A DNA stretch of 64,000 nucleotides from NCBI GenBank assembly GCA_016874755.1, contig VGTH01000021.1, positions 13,456 through 77,455 of the forward strand. Direction: 5' to 3'. The notes below the pieces were generated by a model, which saw nothing but the letters and a program-made list of their open reading frames with translations, was not told the origin of the DNA and made no database searches. Every line of letters starts with the position of its first letter. The first letter of the stretch is position 1. Positions 63,738-64,000 of this stretch are shown in pieces. Source of the stretch: Deltaproteobacteria bacterium (lineage in GTDB: Bacteria; Desulfobacterota; Binatia; UBA9968). The translations under genes were made by a program, and so were the position numbers.

Positions 63738-64000
63738 TTAGGCTTTGCGCCAGAGTGAGGCGAGCCAGGGTTGTTGCTCTCGTGGCAGGCCATCGGGGCG
63801 ATAGTAATGACGAATTTCCTGGAAGCCCGCTTCGATGACCAGCTCGCGCCAGCGCGGCCAGTCGTGGTAGCTGCCGTAGCGCTCGCCGTTCCAACCTTCT
63901 TGGTTGTCGCCGCGCGGATTGGAGCTGAACAACACGCCGTCAGTTTTTAGCGAGTGCCACAGCTCGCGCAGCACCCGCGGCAGCTCCTGGCTCGGCGCGT
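63738..64000 (-). CDS. Class I SAM-dependent methyltransferase (5' end beyond the window)
   Basis: The C-terminal part reads LKTDGVLFSSNPRG...YHDWPRWRELVIEAGF. The frame stays open to the window edge. Confidence 0.6.
   Translation of the reverse strand, partial: APSQELPRVLRELWHSLKTDGVLFSSNPRGDNQEGWNGERYGSYHDWPRWRELVIEAGFQEIRHYYRPDGLPREQQPWLASLWRKA

Noticed and set aside
1-64000. tRNA, rRNA, tmRNA, RNase P or riboswitch genes in the larger gaps (12914-13143, 24918-25243, 35362-35591, 45387-45663)
   Set aside because: No T-loop GGTTCGAATCC-type motif, cloverleaf or familiar riboswitch core was seen by eye. A covariance-model scan would be needed to exclude small RNAs.

Overview
This is a GC-rich bacterial chromosomal segment. 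I recognised no rRNA, tRNA, CRISPR array, transposase or integrase by eye. Positions 1-7140 form a housekeeping block, ilvC-psd-pssA-leuA-leuB-asd-truA, with 4-nt ATGA overlaps at two junctions. The rest is an accessory-style mosaic of expanded catabolic and transport families:
- 3 intact UbiD-family decarboxylases plus 1 pseudogene
- 2 bicupin paralogs
- 4 intact Fe3+-type ABC substrate-binding proteins plus remnants
- 3 amidohydrolase_2 genes
- 2 DapA-family lyases
- 3 tandem MFS transporters
- a split CoA-transferase cluster

The main observations are:
1. An unannotated peroxiredoxin-like gene (16671-17153, minus strand) has an in-frame TGA exactly at the redox Cys (W-U-P-Y-C). A stem-loop lies just downstream. 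This is a likely selenoprotein.
2. A complete type IIB topoisomerase (Topo VI B+A, 13144-16279) sits in a bacterial context. Its B subunit carries a long low-complexity tail containing a beta-clamp-binding-like QMSLGF motif.
3. A duplicated, translationally coupled UbiD-bicupin module is embedded in an ABC-uptake operon (25.2-35.4 kb). No UbiX and no ABC ATPase are present in the window.
4. A four-domain rhodanese sits next to a cysteine-dioxygenase-like cupin operon.
5. A SET-domain protein has a signal-like N-terminus.
6. Several disrupted genes carry in-frame TGA, TAA or TAG codons, frameshifts or internal deletions. There is also a gene-fragment graveyard around kptA.
7. At least four dispersed intergenic palindromic repeat families are present.

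All calls come from reading the translations and the DNA by eye. No database search was run.
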